Below are positions 62,731-64,000 of a DNA stretch of 64,000 nt, piece after piece. Location of the stretch: the NCBI GenBank assembly GCA_033763455.1, contig JANRKO010000059.1, positions 1 to 64,000 of the forward strand, given 5' to 3'. The notes below the pieces were generated by a model. The model was not told the origin of the DNA. It did not search any database and was given only the letters and a program-made list of their open reading frames with translations. The position numbers were made by a program, and so were the translations under genes. Numbering within the stretch: the first letter of the stretch is position 1; each line of letters begins with the position of its first letter. This DNA is from Polyangiaceae bacterium. Lineage in GTDB: Bacteria > Myxococcota_A > Polyangia > Polyangiales > Polyangiaceae.

Positions 62731-62925
62731 TGGCCATTGAAGAGCGCTCGCTAAGCGTGTTTCCGGAAGGAGGGAACACGTCGCAAGAGGTTGCTTAACT
62801 CCGCGCAGGGTTTTCTCGGGTGTGCCTGCTGGGCGCAATATGTGCGCGCACTCAGCAAGCCTTTAGTCCACGTTTCGGGGGCCTCGCGCAGAAAAGGCTC
62901 GCACCAGCTCAGTGACGCGCTCCAA

Positions 62926-62941
62926 CGGCATGGTCCTTGCT
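62926..62941 (+). promoter_or_regulatory. Putative sigma54 -24/-12 promoter of csoR
   Basis: CGGCATGGTCCTTGCT, GG-N10-GC. Confidence 0.65.
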
Positions 62942-62953
62942 CTCGAGCACAGC

Positions 62954-62970
62954 ATACCCCCAGGGGGCAT
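62954..62970. promoter_or_regulatory. CsoR operator (autoregulatory)
   Basis: ATACCCCCAGGGGGCAT, 22 bp upstream of the csoR start. Confidence 0.8.
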
Positions 62971-62992
62971 AGGGCAAGGGAACTCCAACATC

Positions 62993-63289
62993 ATGATGAA
63001 TGAAAACACGAAAAACAAAGTCCTAGCCCGCCTTCACCGAATCTCAGGCCAGGTAGAGGGCATTGCGCGCATGGTCGAAGGGGACCGTTATTGCGTCGAT
63101 CTACTGCTCCAGATCGCCTCTGCCCAAGCGGCACTCAGCGAAGCGGGCAAGCTAATCCTACGGTCGCACGTGGAAATCTGCGTTTCCAATGTTCTTTCAT
63201 CCGGCAAGCCAGCCGAGAGGAAGCAGAAAATAGACGAACTCATGCAGGTCTTTGCGCGCTACGGCTGCCTGGGGGCACGCGCAAAGTAG
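62993..63289 (+). CDS. csoR: CsoR/RcnR-family copper-sensing repressor
   Basis: RLHRISGQVEGI.RM.E.DRYC.D.L.Q...HVEIC with Cys-His-Cys metal ligands. Confidence 0.92.
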   Translation: MMNENTKNKVLARLHRISGQVEGIARMVEGDRYCVDLLLQIASAQAALSEAGKLILRSHVEICVSNVLSSGKPAERKQKIDELMQVFARYGCLGARAK

Positions 63290-63376
63290 TTTAGATACCG
63301 CTCAAGCAATCCCATCTTCAATCACCAACCACTCATCCCAAACGTAAACAACCAACGCACCTAAAAGGAAAATTCA

Positions 63377-64000
63377 ATGAAACTTTCACTCTCGCGCTTA
63401 GTTCTACTTCCCCTAACCCTGGCTGCTGGAGCCTGCGCGCACTCCGCGGGGACCGCTCCGCATGAGATGAGCGCGGCGGAACACCAGGCTGCCGCCCAGA
63501 ACGAAGACCAACAAGCGGGAGGGCACGAAGCGCAGTATGACGCGAACGCACGGCAGTCTACCGTCTCATGCAAACCGAGCAGGGGTCGCGTCTGCTGGAC
63601 GGCATGGGAGAACCCGACCAAGGAGCATAATGTTTCGGCGGCAGAGCATCACGAGCTCGCGGCCAAGCACCGCGCGGCCTCCAAAGAACTCGCTGATGCT
63701 GAGGCCCGTGAATGCGCCGGTCTGAGCGACGAAGATCGCGATGTCAGCCCATTTGCCCGCGGGGCTGATATCTCAAGCGTTGCACAACTCAAGGAGGACA
63801 AGCGTGTCGGCAAAGCTTCGGTGTCGCGCGAAGCCGGGGCGACGATCGTCTTTCGCGCGGCGCCAGGGCTGACCGCAGAGTGGCTACAGCGCATCGTTGA
63901 TTGCCACCTCGCCCGAAACTCTGCGGTCGGGCACGACATGCCAGAGATGTCCTATTGCCCACTCGTCCCACGCGGAGCGCAGGCGAAAGTGCACTCGTCC
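63377..64000 (+). CDS. His/Cys-rich lipoprotein, paralogue 3 (partial, runs off window)
   Basis: Manual translation MKLSLSRLVLLPLTLAAGACAHSAGTAPHEMSAAEH...GRVCW...KHRAASKEL...EC...DRDVSPF...WLQRIVDCHLARNSAVGHDMPEMSYCPLVPRG; open for 208 codons to the edge. Confidence 0.88.
   Translation, partial: MKLSLSRLVLLPLTLAAGACAHSAGTAPHEMSAAEHQAAAQNEDQQAGGHEAQYDANARQSTVSCKPSRGRVCWTAWENPTKEHNVSAAEHHELAAKHRAASKELADAEARECAGLSDEDRDVSPFARGADISSVAQLKEDKRVGKASVSREAGATIVFRAAPGLTAEWLQRIVDCHLARNSAVGHDMPEMSYCPLVPRGAQAKVHSS

Larger units (their letters stand above)
46823..64000. mobile_element. Putative genomic island integrated at tRNA-Leu, carrying copper-homeostasis cargo (right end not in window)
   Basis: Integrase abuts the tRNA 3' end; downstream genes are accessory and include several pseudogenes. 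No attR copy of the tRNA 3' end was seen, so the extent is inferred. Confidence 0.6.

Noticed and set aside
62497..62838. 113-aa ORF as a copper-sensing leader (DUF2946-like)
   Set aside because: No CxxC or terminal RxPP arrest motif; it overlaps the regulatory motif.
46880..64000. attR direct repeat of the tRNA-Leu 3' end
   Set aside because: No second GGTTCAAGTCCTCTCCTTCGC-like sequence found by eye; it may lie beyond the window or be lost.

Overview
GC-rich bacterial DNA that looks myxobacterial (Myxococcota/Polyangiaceae-like; inferred from PEGA/TPR proteins, an FHA-kinase, many lipoproteins and sigma54 promoters). Bases 1-46.7 kb are mostly intact core-type genes. They include the end of an IS3-family element, a surface-polysaccharide cluster (rfbB, flippase, two methyltransferases, GT4, YegD-type Hsp70) and a 10-gene RDD/Zn-finger/DUF4129/DUF4350/MoxR/DUF58/SpoIIM/RDD operon. 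They also include pilT, two hybrid kinases, exbD, a Suv3-like helicase, argG, two PA14 paralogues, thrC, a small mobile-element scar and a 2283-aa TPR-like protein. At 46.8 kb a tRNA-Leu(GAG) is overlapped antisense by a tyrosine integrase, marking the left end of a putative genomic island that runs off the window. The island carries a partly decayed copper-homeostasis locus: two multicopper oxidases, TolC, cytochrome c, a YHS/TRASH-like protein, a Met-rich FN3 lipoprotein, a His/Met-rich barrel, CsoR and an archaeal-type SAM synthetase. The most interesting signals are (i) three copies plus one remnant of a His/Cys/Met-rich lipoprotein family I cannot assign, (ii) two promoters with identical sigma54 + CsoR-box geometry and a shared upstream 25-bp motif, (iii) a ~135-bp structured non-coding repeat present twice, and (iv) the Zn-finger-extended MoxR operon. 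All family calls come from motif recognition by eye; no database searches were run.
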